From positions 1,600,001 to 1,664,000 of the forward strand of contig OZ240219.1 in the NCBI GenBank assembly GCA_965197645.1: 64,000 nt of DNA. The letters run 5' to 3'. The stretch is from Dehalococcoidia bacterium. Its GTDB lineage: Bacteria > Chloroflexota > Dehalococcoidia > Plut-88900. This document shows, in pieces, positions 28,523 through 38,104 of the stretch (position 1 is the stretch's first letter; the number at the start of each line of letters is the position of its first letter). The notes beneath the pieces were generated by a model that worked only from the letters and a program-made list of their open reading frames with translations, made no database searches and had not been told where the DNA came from. The translations under genes were made by a program, and so were the position numbers.

Positions 28523-29500
28523 CTAACGTCCCGGGGAATCGTCTACCGAATACTCAAAATAGGCCGCTGTCACAAGATTGTGAAGCTCCCGGCAGTACTG
28601 CGAGACCTGCCGCAGCAGCTCAGGGCGGTCTTCGCTATCGGGCCAATCGTAGTGGATCAGAGCCGTCATTCGGCCCGCCAGCCGGGACAGGGCGCCGCCG
28701 GCCCTGGTGTTTGGGCCCGGACCAATGGATGCCAGGTCCGACGCCGTTCTGTCCAGGGACCGGCACAGGGAGTCTGGTATGAGGGGATCGGTGGTCAGCA
28801 GATTCAACACCTGTCCAGGATGGACTTCGATGCTGTAGCTGCGATCGTATGCTTCAAAGGCATGGTAAAGGCGCAACAGGCTCGTCCAGTCCTCTTCGGA
28901 GAACTCCTCCGTCTGAGAGTCGGCGTCCAGCTGAGACAGGAACAATGAGGTGGACATTTGGGCCCGTTCCAGGAAACGACCGAGCTGCATGAAACGCCAG
29001 CCTTGGTCGCGGTACATGGTGGCGGCGGCCACGCCGGAAAACATGCCCATCTCCGCTATCATCCCTGCGTAGAAACCCTCGGGAGAGGGTTGCCAGATGT
29101 CCTGGATTGTCATTTGTCGGAGCCGCAAGTATGCCAGGTTGAAGCTGGTCCACAGCTCCCCGCTTATGCGGTGGCGCATCTGCCGTGCGTTCTCCCGGCC
29201 CTGGGCGAAACAGTTCCACACCGAATCCGGATTGGTGCGCTCGAAGGTCAGATCGTCGGCTAGGGTGTAGGAATCAGCCAGGGTATAATCATCACTGGCC
29301 AGCTGCTCCAGCCTGCCCACGGGCGGTTCCCGGTTGATGCCGGCATAGATGCGAGTCCACCCAAAGTGGATCTCCCGGATCGGGCGGTCCACCAAGGCCT
29401 CCGTCTGCAATCGCAGCATACGGCATAGGAATTCCGCCCGCTCCAAGTAGCGGCCCATCCAGTAAAGCCCCTGTGCGCTGCGAGAAAGCATTGGGTTCAA
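28523..29500 (-). CDS. Alpha-E domain protein
   Basis: 'MLSRSAQGLYWMGRYLERAE', 'RENAR' and a second 'LGRFLERA'. Confidence 0.93.
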   Translation of the reverse strand: MNPMLSRSAQGLYWMGRYLERAEFLCRMLRLQTEALVDRPIREIHFGWTRIYAGINREPPVGRLEQLASDDYTLADSYTLADDLTFERTNPDSVWNCFAQGRENARQMRHRISGELWTSFNLAYLRLRQMTIQDIWQPSPEGFYAGMIAEMGMFSGVAAATMYRDQGWRFMQLGRFLERAQMSTSLFLSQLDADSQTEEFSEEDWTSLLRLYHAFEAYDRSYSIEVHPGQVLNLLTTDPLIPDSLCRSLDRTASDLASIGPGPNTRAGGALSRLAGRMTALIHYDWPDSEDRPELLRQVSQYCRELHNLVTAAYFEYSVDDSPGR

Positions 29501-30930
29501 TCCCCCAGGACCCAGAGGTCCTTGCCTCCCCCGCCCTGGCTGGAGTTCACTACTAAACTACCCCGTCTTAAAGCCACCCGACAGAAGGCCCCAGGTACCA
29601 TGCGGGTCTCTCTTCCGTGAAGTATGAAGGGCCTCAGGTCCACGTGCCTAGGCTCGAATTTGCCCTCGATGAGGCAGGGCGATCGGGATAGTGGCAGCAC
29701 CGGTTGAGAAATGTAGTCGGCCGGGTGGGAGCGTAGCCGCACCGAGTACTCCTCCCGCTCCTTTGGAGTAGAGTGGGGGCCTATCAGCATCCCGTATCCC
29801 CCGGACTCCCCCACCCGTTTCACCACCAGGCTGTCCAGGTTATCGAGGGTGTACTCCAGGTCTTCGGGGCGGCGACACAGGAAGGTCTTCACATTAGCCA
29901 GGGCAGGCTCTTCCCCAAGGTAGTAGCGGATCATATCGGGCACGTAGGCGTATACGCTCTTGTCATCCGCCACGCCTGTGCCCGGAGCGTTCACCAGCGC
30001 GACGTTCCCTAGCTTGTAGGCGTGGAGAAGGCCCGGCACCCCAAGGAGAGAGTCGGGACGGAAGACCAGCGGGTCGAGGAAATCGTCGTCTACGCGCCGG
30101 TAGACCACGTCCACCCGCCGCAGTCCCGTGGTGGTCCTCATGTAGACGAATCCATCGTTTACCAAGAGGTCTCGGCCTTCTACCAGCTCGGCGCCGATCT
30201 CGTGGGCCAGAAACATATGCTCATAGAAGGCGGAGTTGTAGACCCCGGGAGTCAGCAGAGCGATGCACGGCTCGGACCGTCCGGCAGGTGCAAGTTCGAG
30301 GAGGGTCGTCAGCAACAGCCGTCCGTAGTGCTCCACGTCCTGTACCCGGGAACTCCTGTACAGCCGTCTCAGGCTGGCCTTCACCGCCTTTCGATTCGCG
30401 ATCATGTAGGAGACGCCGGAGGGGACTCGCAGGTTGTCTTCCAGCACCCGGAATCCATCGTTGGTCCGTACTAGGTCGGTCCCGCAAATGGCGACCCAGG
30501 TGCCGTGAGGCGGGACAAAGCCTCGCATCTCCATGCGATATTGAGGACATTCCCGCACCACGTCCACCGGGATCACCCCATCGTTGATGATGCGGGCCTC
30601 ACCGTAAACGTCCGACAGGAAGAGGTTCAGGGCTTTGACACGCTGGGTTAGCCCCTTCTCCAAATGCCGCCACTCTTCCGCGGACAGCGCACGGGGCAGA
30701 CAGTCCACCGGAATTATCCGCTCCTCGCCTTCCTCATCTCCGTAGACGGTGAAGGAGATGCCCTCGTTGGAAAAGGACCGGGTCACCCGTTCCTGTATGC
30801 TGCTCAACTCCTCGGGGGAAAGCTGAGCCAGGGTTTCGTGAAGACTCCGGCAATGCTCTCTGGGAGCACCGTCCGGTTCGAACATCTCGTCGTATATCGA
30901 CGGATCGATTTCGTAGTCGTCGAACTTCAC
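29497..30930 (-). CDS. Circularly permuted type 2 ATP-grasp protein
   Basis: 'YDEMF', 'VLEDNLRVPSGVSY', 'NSAFYEH', 'VYRRVDDDFLDP', 'GVADDK' and 'VVNSSQGGGGKD'. Confidence 0.94.
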   Translation of the reverse strand: MKFDDYEIDPSIYDEMFEPDGAPREHCRSLHETLAQLSPEELSSIQERVTRSFSNEGISFTVYGDEEGEERIIPVDCLPRALSAEEWRHLEKGLTQRVKALNLFLSDVYGEARIINDGVIPVDVVRECPQYRMEMRGFVPPHGTWVAICGTDLVRTNDGFRVLEDNLRVPSGVSYMIANRKAVKASLRRLYRSSRVQDVEHYGRLLLTTLLELAPAGRSEPCIALLTPGVYNSAFYEHMFLAHEIGAELVEGRDLLVNDGFVYMRTTTGLRRVDVVYRRVDDDFLDPLVFRPDSLLGVPGLLHAYKLGNVALVNAPGTGVADDKSVYAYVPDMIRYYLGEEPALANVKTFLCRRPEDLEYTLDNLDSLVVKRVGESGGYGMLIGPHSTPKEREEYSVRLRSHPADYISQPVLPLSRSPCLIEGKFEPRHVDLRPFILHGRETRMVPGAFCRVALRRGSLVVNSSQGGGGKDLWVLGD

Positions 30931-31201
30931 GATTACAACGATATCATATAGACACCCTGGCTAGCCAGAACAGCCCGAGGCGATCTTGAAGCGCTCCCGG
31001 CGCCCTGCAACGCCCGCCACGATGAAGGGTAATCCCTGGCTGAGCCGAGGCGTTTCTCATCTCCCGGTACACCGCTCGGTCAATGGAGATGAACCGGGGC
31101 ATTGCACCAATGCGGTTCCCCGTCGGATCCCCTGGTACCGGAGTGACCATCATCCGGACACCATGGGATCTAAGGCGTAGAGAGCGCAGTTCCTGCTCAG
31201 G

Positions 31202-33547
31202 TCAGGGCGTAACTTCGTACGCTACCTCCGCCACCTTGCGCTCCCCGGCGTACACGTACACTCTATAGTGGCCTGGCCTCCACTTCCCTGCCGGCGACCC
31301 TATCCAAGACCAGCTCGTCCCGCCGATGTATTGCTCTTCTGCAGTCAACTTGCGAATTCTGCGGTTAAACACGAACCCGTCATCGTAGTAGTAGTCCACA
31401 ATCTCCAGGTCAACTTCGTGAGGACCTCCCAGTACACTATAGGAGTACTTGAGCGTCAAATAGGCCCGGCCAGTAATGTCTTGAGCAGAAAAGCTGGACA
31501 CAGCCGGACCCCTAACAGTTGTAGTGATGTAAGCGTCGTCGATACTCCCGTTGATGGCGGGCAACCTGGACTCTACCGGACTTGTGTCGCGGTGGGAGAG
31601 GTCGTAGGGCTCGGTCCCGTCGTACCAGCGGGCGATGACCGTGTCAACGGCCCCGTCTTCTGTCCCAAATGCTTCCCTGACCTGCTCGATGCCCAAGGAG
31701 GTGCCCGCATAGCCGTCGGTGTCGTCCTCCACTTCCGATGCCAGGTAGAGCTGGCGAAACCCCTCCCGGGACCGAGCATCGCCCAGCGTCCGGTTGATGT
31801 CCAGAAATAGTCGCTCCCCCAGCGAGTAGTTACAACCGAATGCACTGTCATCTCGGGTGATATCCAGGCTCTCCAACTGCGCGATGTTATCGGCATAGAC
31901 GCATGGGGAGTTGGTGGCTTCGATGGGACGGCCGGTGCGGACACTCTCGATAGCTGAGGCCATGAACTCAGCCGCTCCTTCGTCGACCCATTCCGAGTTG
32001 CCGCTCCAGTAGTAGTGGGCGACCTCGTGGGCTATGAGGAAACCTGAGAACCCCGTGTCATCAGTCTCTTCTGGTGTGTCGTAATCGGGAAGAATGGCCA
32101 TGTGAGTACCAAAGTTTTGGCCTGCGGCTGTACTGGATACAGCGTTTTCGTATAGAAGACCGATGTGGTTGGTCGGCAGGCGGGCGCCCATGTACTCCTC
32201 GGCGCTGCGCACTGAATGCTCCAGCAGGTCCATCGAGCGTGTAACCCCCGGACCGGTGCGGATGATGGAAAGAACCACGTCGCCTGACAAGGGCAGCGAG
32301 ATAGTCCGCCAGTATAAGGTTATCCGATCAAGGTCCAACAGGACGTCGATGAGACCGGGATTTCTGGTCGCCACACCGTACAGCGTTGCAACCACGTGGG
32401 CCCAGTCGTCGGATATGCCGTCTTGCAGCGCCGCGTGGGACATCACATTCTCGAACGCCTCCGGCTCGTAGGTGGCCAGCCACCGCAACGACGTAACAGC
32501 TGATACGTCGGGGGGTTCGACGGTTTCTAAGAAAGGCATACTTACAACTCCCAACGCCGCCCCGGCGTCTTCATAGGCGAGATAGGAGATCTCTTCAATC
32601 GCCTGGCTCTCTACTCTATCGATGCCCTCCTGCACCCAGTCCTTAGAGACGAGGGCCGAAGCTATCCCGGTATTCTCTATGTTGCTTATCGAAGCAATCG
32701 CATCGGCCTCTACGTCTTTGATGCCATCCTGTACCCAAACCAGAGAGACGACGACTGAGGCGACATCTGCATCGTTGTAGACGATGGAGTATAGGTTCTC
32801 AATCGCTCCGGACTCCGTAGCGTCGATGCCGTCCTGCACCCAGCCCAGAGAGACGACTGCCGAGGCTATCGCTACGTCGTAATACGCGATGGAGTGCAGA
32901 CTCTCAATCACTTTGGACTCGGTAGCGTCGATCCCATCCTGCATCCAGCCAAGGGAAACGATAGCCGAAGCCACCTCGGTGCTGCCCAAGTTGCGAATCC
33001 AATCAATTGCTTCGGCCTCTGCATCTTCGATACCGTCCCGTACCCAGCGCATGGAGACCAGGGGCAGACCGAGTCCGATATCCTCATTCGCGATGTATGA
33101 CAGGATCTCGATCGCTTCAGGCTCTGTATCGTCGATGCCATCCAGCACCCAGCCCAGAGATACCACCGACGAAGCGACCTCGGCGCTATCAATGTTGCTT
33201 ATCCGATCTATCGCCTCGGCCTCTGCACCCTCAACTCCGTCCCGTACCCAATTATTGGAAACGACGTAGGAAGCGGCGATATGGTTTACCGCTGCGATAT
33301 AAAGCAGGTCCTGAACAACCATGGACTCCCTACCGTCGATACCGTCTCGCACCCAGTCCAGGTCCTTGATGGAGGCAGCCAGGTGCGGGGCTTCTTCTTC
33401 CATCCAGCCCCCGTTCTCGAAGGCATGGAGAGGGGATGAGACCGTTGGAGTGGGTTGGGGAGTAGCGGTTGGTGTTGGAGAGGCCGTGGAAATGGGTTCG
33501 GGCGTTGCCACCGGTGTTGGATAGGCCGTCGGAGCGGCTGTGGGCAT
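31202..33547 (-). CDS. Large surface protein: Pro/Thr stalk, tandem WxxDGI repeats, HEXXH gluzincin-like metallopeptidase and C-terminal beta domain (true start probably further upstream)
   Basis: 'IAHEVAHYYW....WVDEGAAEF' (HExxH plus downstream E). The frame stays open upstream to 33724 and includes a TM segment. Confidence 0.8.
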   Translation of the reverse strand: MPTAAPTAYPTPVATPEPISTASPTPTATPQPTPTVSSPLHAFENGGWMEEEAPHLAASIKDLDWVRDGIDGRESMVVQDLLYIAAVNHIAASYVVSNNWVRDGVEGAEAEAIDRISNIDSAEVASSVVSLGWVLDGIDDTEPEAIEILSYIANEDIGLGLPLVSMRWVRDGIEDAEAEAIDWIRNLGSTEVASAIVSLGWMQDGIDATESKVIESLHSIAYYDVAIASAVVSLGWVQDGIDATESGAIENLYSIVYNDADVASVVVSLVWVQDGIKDVEADAIASISNIENTGIASALVSKDWVQEGIDRVESQAIEEISYLAYEDAGAALGVVSMPFLETVEPPDVSAVTSLRWLATYEPEAFENVMSHAALQDGISDDWAHVVATLYGVATRNPGLIDVLLDLDRITLYWRTISLPLSGDVVLSIIRTGPGVTRSMDLLEHSVRSAEEYMGARLPTNHIGLLYENAVSSTAAGQNFGTHMAILPDYDTPEETDDTGFSGFLIAHEVAHYYWSGNSEWVDEGAAEFMASAIESVRTGRPIEATNSPCVYADNIAQLESLDITRDDSAFGCNYSLGERLFLDINRTLGDARSREGFRQLYLASEVEDDTDGYAGTSLGIEQVREAFGTEDGAVDTVIARWYDGTEPYDLSHRDTSPVESRLPAINGSIDDAYITTTVRGPAVSSFSAQDITGRAYLTLKYSYSVLGGPHEVDLEIVDYYYDDGFVFNRRIRKLTAEEQYIGGTSWSWIGSPAGKWRPGHYRVYVYAGERKVAEVAYEVTP
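32534..33355 (-). repeat. Intragenic tandem repeat: 8 units of 33-35 aa
   Basis: Units begin WVRDGI, WVRDGV, WVLDGI, WVRDGI, WMQDGI, WVQDGI, WVQDGI and WVQEGI, each followed by E..AI..(L/I)..I....(V/I)AS.VVS(L/M). Confidence 0.9.
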
Positions 33548-33971
33548 CGGTGTCGGCGTACTGGGAAACGGTTCAGATTCGTCGTCTAATAAAGAACCGA
33601 TACCACCCAGGATAACGAGGATTACCGCGCTGCCGATGATTAATCGTACTAAGGTGTCAATGGGTGTTGTTTTACTTTCTTCTTCCGGATTCTTTATCGG
33701 GGTACTTCTCTTGTTGATCCGACGTTATTTGCTGTACCAGTACGGTCGTCAAGATGCCGATTCCATCAGAAACCACAGCTAGCCATCCACTTGTGAAAGC
33801 TCATCTGTGGTCTGGCCACGGAAGAATTTCTGGCCCCCGCTTCACCAAGTCATGAGCATAACAGCCACCCAGCCTTGTTCAGCCATTCAGCCTGGAGCTT
33901 ATCATGAAAGCTCTTACTTCCATACGGTTAGGGCTGCCAGAGTTCGCTCGGGTGCATGGGGAAGGCTTGTA

Positions 33972-34577
33972 TTAGTCGTTCGAGGAGGAGTAGCCGAACT
34001 GAGGAGCCCAATCGCCCGGGCCGTCGGGCAGCAGATCGAACAGGTGCCACACGCCGCAATACAGATCGCCGGGACCAAAGAAGTCCTTAGATACGCGTAC
34101 TATCGTACCGTCTCCGTTCTTGTGAAACACCGAGACCCCCGGCTGGTATCCGGACATGTGCTCATCTTCTTCCCGTTGGAAGCCCATGTCCCTAACGAAG
34201 GTGGTGCCCTCCGCGGAGTACATTGTGAACCGCCAACCTCGCTTCCTCGCGAGGTCTCGCTGGACACTGGGACTGTTGGGAGACACGACGACGAAGGCGG
34301 CTCTGCTCTCCAGATGTTGAAGCACGCCGTTGAACTCGTCGGCCCACATGGTGCAGAAGGGGCAACCGGCGCCCATGTTGTGGACAAGAATAAGGTCTTC
34401 CTTGTCGCCGAACATCTCCGAAATCCTCACGGTCCCGTCCACGCCTCTGAGCTCGTAGTCCCTCACTGGCTCGGGAGGCAGCTGCCGGCGCAGCTTCGCC
34501 AGCTTTTGTTGGGCCTGTTCAAGCTCTTCCAGGGCTACGGCGATCTCCCTCTCCGGCTGTGTGTTCCTCGCTGTCAC
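33972..34577 (-). CDS. DUF899-family thioredoxin-like protein
   Basis: 'LRRQLP...V.DY', 'CPFCTMWAD', 'PGVSVF' and 'FDLLPDG'. Confidence 0.85.
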   Translation of the reverse strand: MTARNTQPEREIAVALEELEQAQQKLAKLRRQLPPEPVRDYELRGVDGTVRISEMFGDKEDLILVHNMGAGCPFCTMWADEFNGVLQHLESRAAFVVVSPNSPSVQRDLARKRGWRFTMYSAEGTTFVRDMGFQREEDEHMSGYQPGVSVFHKNGDGTIVRVSKDFFGPGDLYCGVWHLFDLLPDGPGDWAPQFGYSSSND

Positions 34578-34705
34578 GTCATCCTCCTTCTACCGGACTC
34601 GCAATGGATTTCGCCGATCGATCGCGTGGCTGCCTCGGTTTCTGCCGCCACGATCCTTCGTTATGGGATGGCATGATCCCCTGCCCCAGCGACCTACGAC
34701 CCGTC

Positions 34706-35449
34706 CTACCCCGGTTCGAACCCCAGGCCCTTCTCCTTCAGGCTTACGAAGTTCTGCTGGCCGATGACAATATGGTCCAGCACCTCTATGTCCAGAAGCC
34801 GGCCGGCACGGACCAGGTGAGTCGTAAGCTCGACGTCCTGCGTGCTGGGTGTCGGGTTACCCGATGGGTGGTTGTGTACCACCACTAAGGATGGGCAGTT
34901 CTCCTTGATGGCGTCCCGGAAGACCTCCGAGACCCGGACCATGGAGCTGTTGACGCTCCCCTTGTAGATCTCGGGTACGCTAAGCACCTGGTTCTTCGTG
35001 TTGAGCAGTAACACCCGGAGGTGCTCCTGGTCCATCAGGCTCATCTCTGCCATCAGCAGGTTGGCCACGTCCTGGGGATTGCTTATGCTGATCCTTTCGT
35101 TGGGCTGCACCGAAGAGAGCCTCCTCCCCAGCTCCAACCCTGCCTTCAGCTGGGCTACCTTGGCCTCTCCCAGTTGCTTTTCGGCGCACAACTCCCGGAA
35201 AGTGGCCTTTGCCAGCCCTCCTAATCCGCCGAACTGGGACAGTATTCGAGAGGACATGTTGAGGACGTTTTCCGATTTGCTTCCGGTCCGGAGCAGAATG
35301 GCCAAGAGCTCGGCGTTGCTCAGCGATCCTGCCCCGTAGTCCCTCAGCCTCTCGCGGGGCCGCTCCCCCGAGGGCATATCGTGGATAGTGAGGTGGTATC
35401 TCGCCTCTTCGGGCTCTGGTGATAGCCGGGCCGGCTGCTTATCCGTCAT
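34706..35449 (-). CDS. radC: RadC/UPF0758 JAB-domain protein
   Basis: 'ERPRERL...LSNAELLAILL.TG', 'HNHPSGNPTPS..D' and 'LDHIVIG'. Confidence 0.95.
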   Translation of the reverse strand: MTDKQPARLSPEPEEARYHLTIHDMPSGERPRERLRDYGAGSLSNAELLAILLRTGSKSENVLNMSSRILSQFGGLGGLAKATFRELCAEKQLGEAKVAQLKAGLELGRRLSSVQPNERISISNPQDVANLLMAEMSLMDQEHLRVLLLNTKNQVLSVPEIYKGSVNSSMVRVSEVFRDAIKENCPSLVVVHNHPSGNPTPSTQDVELTTHLVRAGRLLDIEVLDHIVIGQQNFVSLKEKGLGFEPG

Positions 35450-35470
35450 CTTTGCTGAGCAAACAGGGAC

Positions 35471-37954
35471 CTAAGATTTCAGCTTGATCATCTCAGGATC
35501 GTACAACGGCTCTTTGGACACGGTGGCTCGATACGGCTTCCCGAAGTACTCCACGTCCACCTTGGTCCCTTCCTCTGCGTACTCGATGGGCAGATAGCCG
35601 TATACTATGCCGCGGCCGATGGAGTAGCCATAGTTAGCGCTGGTCACGTAGCCGATGGGCGTGTCTCCGTCCAGGATCGGCTCGTTGCCCACGACCACCG
35701 CCTTGGGATCGTCGAAGGTCATGGCGCACAGCTTCTGCTTGAGTCCTTCTTCTTTGGCTTTGACCAGCGCGTCCCGGCCGTGAAAGTCGCCCTTCTTGAG
35801 CCGGACCGCAAACCCGATTCCCGCCTCGTAGGGATTGAACTCGGTGTGAATGTCCGCTCCCCACAGCCGGTAGCCCTTCTCCAATCGCAGGGAGTCGAAG
35901 GCCCCGCCCCCGGCGGCGATAATCCCGTGAGGCTGGCCCGCTTCCCAGAGAGCGTCCCAAAGCCTCAGGCCGTACTCGGTTGGACAGTTGATCTCCCAGC
36001 CCAGTTCTCCGACATAAGAAATCCTTAAGGCCAGGCATGGCGCCCCGGCTATACTGATCTCCTGGGCGGTGACGTAGGGGAACGCCTCGTTGGAGACGTT
36101 CGCGTCGGTAACGGCGCTCAGTACGTCTCTAGCCCTGGGGCCCCACAGGCCGATACAGCATAGGCTGGACGAGATATCGGTCACCGTGACCGAGCCGTTT
36201 TCCGATAGGTGACTCCTGATCCAGGCCAGATCATGCAACGCGAACCCTCCGCCGGTAACCACCATGTACCTGTCTTCGGCGAGGCGGGTGATGGTGAGAT
36301 CGCACTTGATCCGTCCCCGGTGATCGAGCAGTGACGTGTAGATGATCCTTCCCGGGGGCCGGTCCATGTTGTTGCTGGTGATCGATTGGAGAAACTCAAG
36401 TGCCTTGGGGCCGGCGATCTCGAACACGGCGAAGGGTGTCTGGTCGAACATTCCCACCCTCTCCCGTACCGCTTTGTGTTCGGCCCCGATGATGGGAGAC
36501 CAGTTTATCGCCTCCCAGCCCGACCTTGGGGGCACCTCGTAGCTGTCCAGCAGCTTCTCGTTGGCCTCGTACCAGAAGGGCCGCTCCCAACCTGCGCTTT
36601 CGAAGAAGTTGGCGCCCAGGTCCTTCTGGCGCACGTTGAAGGGGCTGGTACGCAACCCCCGCTCCTGCTCCGACTGGAGGAGCGGATGGATGATGCCATA
36701 CACCTCCCGGTACTGCTGTGCCGACCTCTCCTTGACGTAGGTACGATTGTTAACATAAGGGTGGAAGCGGGCGATGTCGGCTTCATGCGCATCGATGCTG
36801 GTGGCCCCTTCCACCATCCACTCGGCGAGGGTCCGCCCGATCCCTCCCGCATGGGCCACCCACACCGCCTGGGCGGCCCAGAACCCTTTGACCTGAGGCG
36901 CCTCCCCCAGTATGGGCATGCCGTCGGTGGTGAAGGAGAACATCCCATTGATCGGCTCGAAGAGCTGGCCGTCAGCCACGCAGGGGATCAGGTCCTCGAC
37001 GTCTATCAGAGATCCAGCGAAGATGTCCAGGTTGAAAGGCATGATGGCCGGCGTAACCCGGGCCATCTCGTATGGGACTATATCGTCCGGCTCCACCAGC
37101 AGCGGTTCGTTCCGGTAGGTTCCAACCTCTATGTACTCGAAATACTCCCGGGCGTACATCGACTTGTCCTGGTGCCTGACAGCCGGCCGGGTTATCTCCT
37201 TTGTATGTCCCTTGAGCTCGGCCAGCGGGCCAATCTTGACCAGTGGGTGCTGCATCGGGTACATCGGGAAGGTCACCCCGACCATTCGACCGACCATCGG
37301 GCCCCAGATGCCGGCGGCCGATACCACGTTTTCCGTGACGATCCTTCCTTTGTCGGTCACCACCGCCTCCACCCTGCCGTTCTTGACCTCGATGTCGGTC
37401 ACCTGAACGTGCCCGAAGAATCTGGCTCCCCGGGCCTCCGCTTCGATGGTCATTGCTTCGTCCGCCCGCACACCCTTGACCAAGCTGTCCGTCGGGTTGA
37501 ACATCGCCCCCAGGATCTTGTCCGAAAGCAGGGGGAACAACTCCAACGTTTCCTTGGGTGAGATCACCTCGGCATGCAGACCCCAGGACTTTGCGAATCC
37601 CACCTTTCGCTTGAGCTCCTCCACCCGTTCGGGGGTCCAGGCGACCTCCAGCCCGCCCACCTGATGCAGGACGGGCTGACCGTCCAGCTTCAGTGAGCCG
37701 AACAGCTCGATGGTGTACTTGGCCGCCTGGGCGTAGAACTTGTTGGGATTTATCTGGAACAGAAAAGCCGGGGCGTGAGAAGACGAGCCGCCCGTATCGG
37801 GCAGCGGGCCCTGGTCCAGGACAACGATGTCCTTCCACCCCATCTGGGCGAGGTGGTAGGCCACGCTGCATCCTGCTACCCCGGCCCCGATGATTACCGC
37901 CCTCGCATGGCCCGGCAGCGACGATGAATTGCTAGGCATATAGGTTTCCTTCAC
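35471..37954 (-). CDS. Dimethylglycine/sarcosine dehydrogenase-oxidase family protein (FAD domain plus GcvT folate domain)
   Basis: 'IIGAGVAG', 'GGSSSHAP' (covalent-FAD His position), 'FSFTTDG.PILG', 'GWERP', 'ISYVGELGWE' and 'SLRLEKGY'. Confidence 0.92.
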   Translation of the reverse strand: MKETYMPSNSSSLPGHARAVIIGAGVAGCSVAYHLAQMGWKDIVVLDQGPLPDTGGSSSHAPAFLFQINPNKFYAQAAKYTIELFGSLKLDGQPVLHQVGGLEVAWTPERVEELKRKVGFAKSWGLHAEVISPKETLELFPLLSDKILGAMFNPTDSLVKGVRADEAMTIEAEARGARFFGHVQVTDIEVKNGRVEAVVTDKGRIVTENVVSAAGIWGPMVGRMVGVTFPMYPMQHPLVKIGPLAELKGHTKEITRPAVRHQDKSMYAREYFEYIEVGTYRNEPLLVEPDDIVPYEMARVTPAIMPFNLDIFAGSLIDVEDLIPCVADGQLFEPINGMFSFTTDGMPILGEAPQVKGFWAAQAVWVAHAGGIGRTLAEWMVEGATSIDAHEADIARFHPYVNNRTYVKERSAQQYREVYGIIHPLLQSEQERGLRTSPFNVRQKDLGANFFESAGWERPFWYEANEKLLDSYEVPPRSGWEAINWSPIIGAEHKAVRERVGMFDQTPFAVFEIAGPKALEFLQSITSNNMDRPPGRIIYTSLLDHRGRIKCDLTITRLAEDRYMVVTGGGFALHDLAWIRSHLSENGSVTVTDISSSLCCIGLWGPRARDVLSAVTDANVSNEAFPYVTAQEISIAGAPCLALRISYVGELGWEINCPTEYGLRLWDALWEAGQPHGIIAAGGGAFDSLRLEKGYRLWGADIHTEFNPYEAGIGFAVRLKKGDFHGRDALVKAKEEGLKQKLCAMTFDDPKAVVVGNEPILDGDTPIGYVTSANYGYSIGRGIVYGYLPIEYAEEGTKVDVEYFGKPYRATVSKEPLYDPEMIKLKS

Positions 37955-38021
37955 TGATAGTCGATATCGCGCTGGCTATTCTAACAGCCCCAAAGTGGGT
38001 AGTCGATAATCTACGCCCGCG

Positions 38022-38049
38022 TTGTAGCCCGAGGGTCTTTGGGTATAAT
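38022..38049 (+). promoter_or_regulatory. Promoter of the MFS gene, divergent from the GcvT-family gene
   Basis: TTGTAG-N16-TATAAT. An opposite-strand TAGAAT lies at 37978-37983. Confidence 0.45.
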
Positions 38050-38104
38050 AGCGCGACCGGTCGGGGAACAGGCGGTCCGTCCCTCACCGGTGATAGGAGG
38101 CCTG

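Noticed and set aside
31048-31098. Hairpin GTTCATCTCC...GGAGATGA upstream of the CP-ATP-grasp operon, resembling the start of a glutamine (glnA) riboswitch
   Set aside because: It lacks the GGAAGTA/GAAGGAACG E-loop and third stem, so only a simple hairpin is supported. An Infernal scan would settle it.
32534-33355. CRISPR-like periodic DNA repeats
   Set aside because: The periodicity is an in-frame, degenerate protein repeat of 99-105 bp with no unique spacers and no cas genes.
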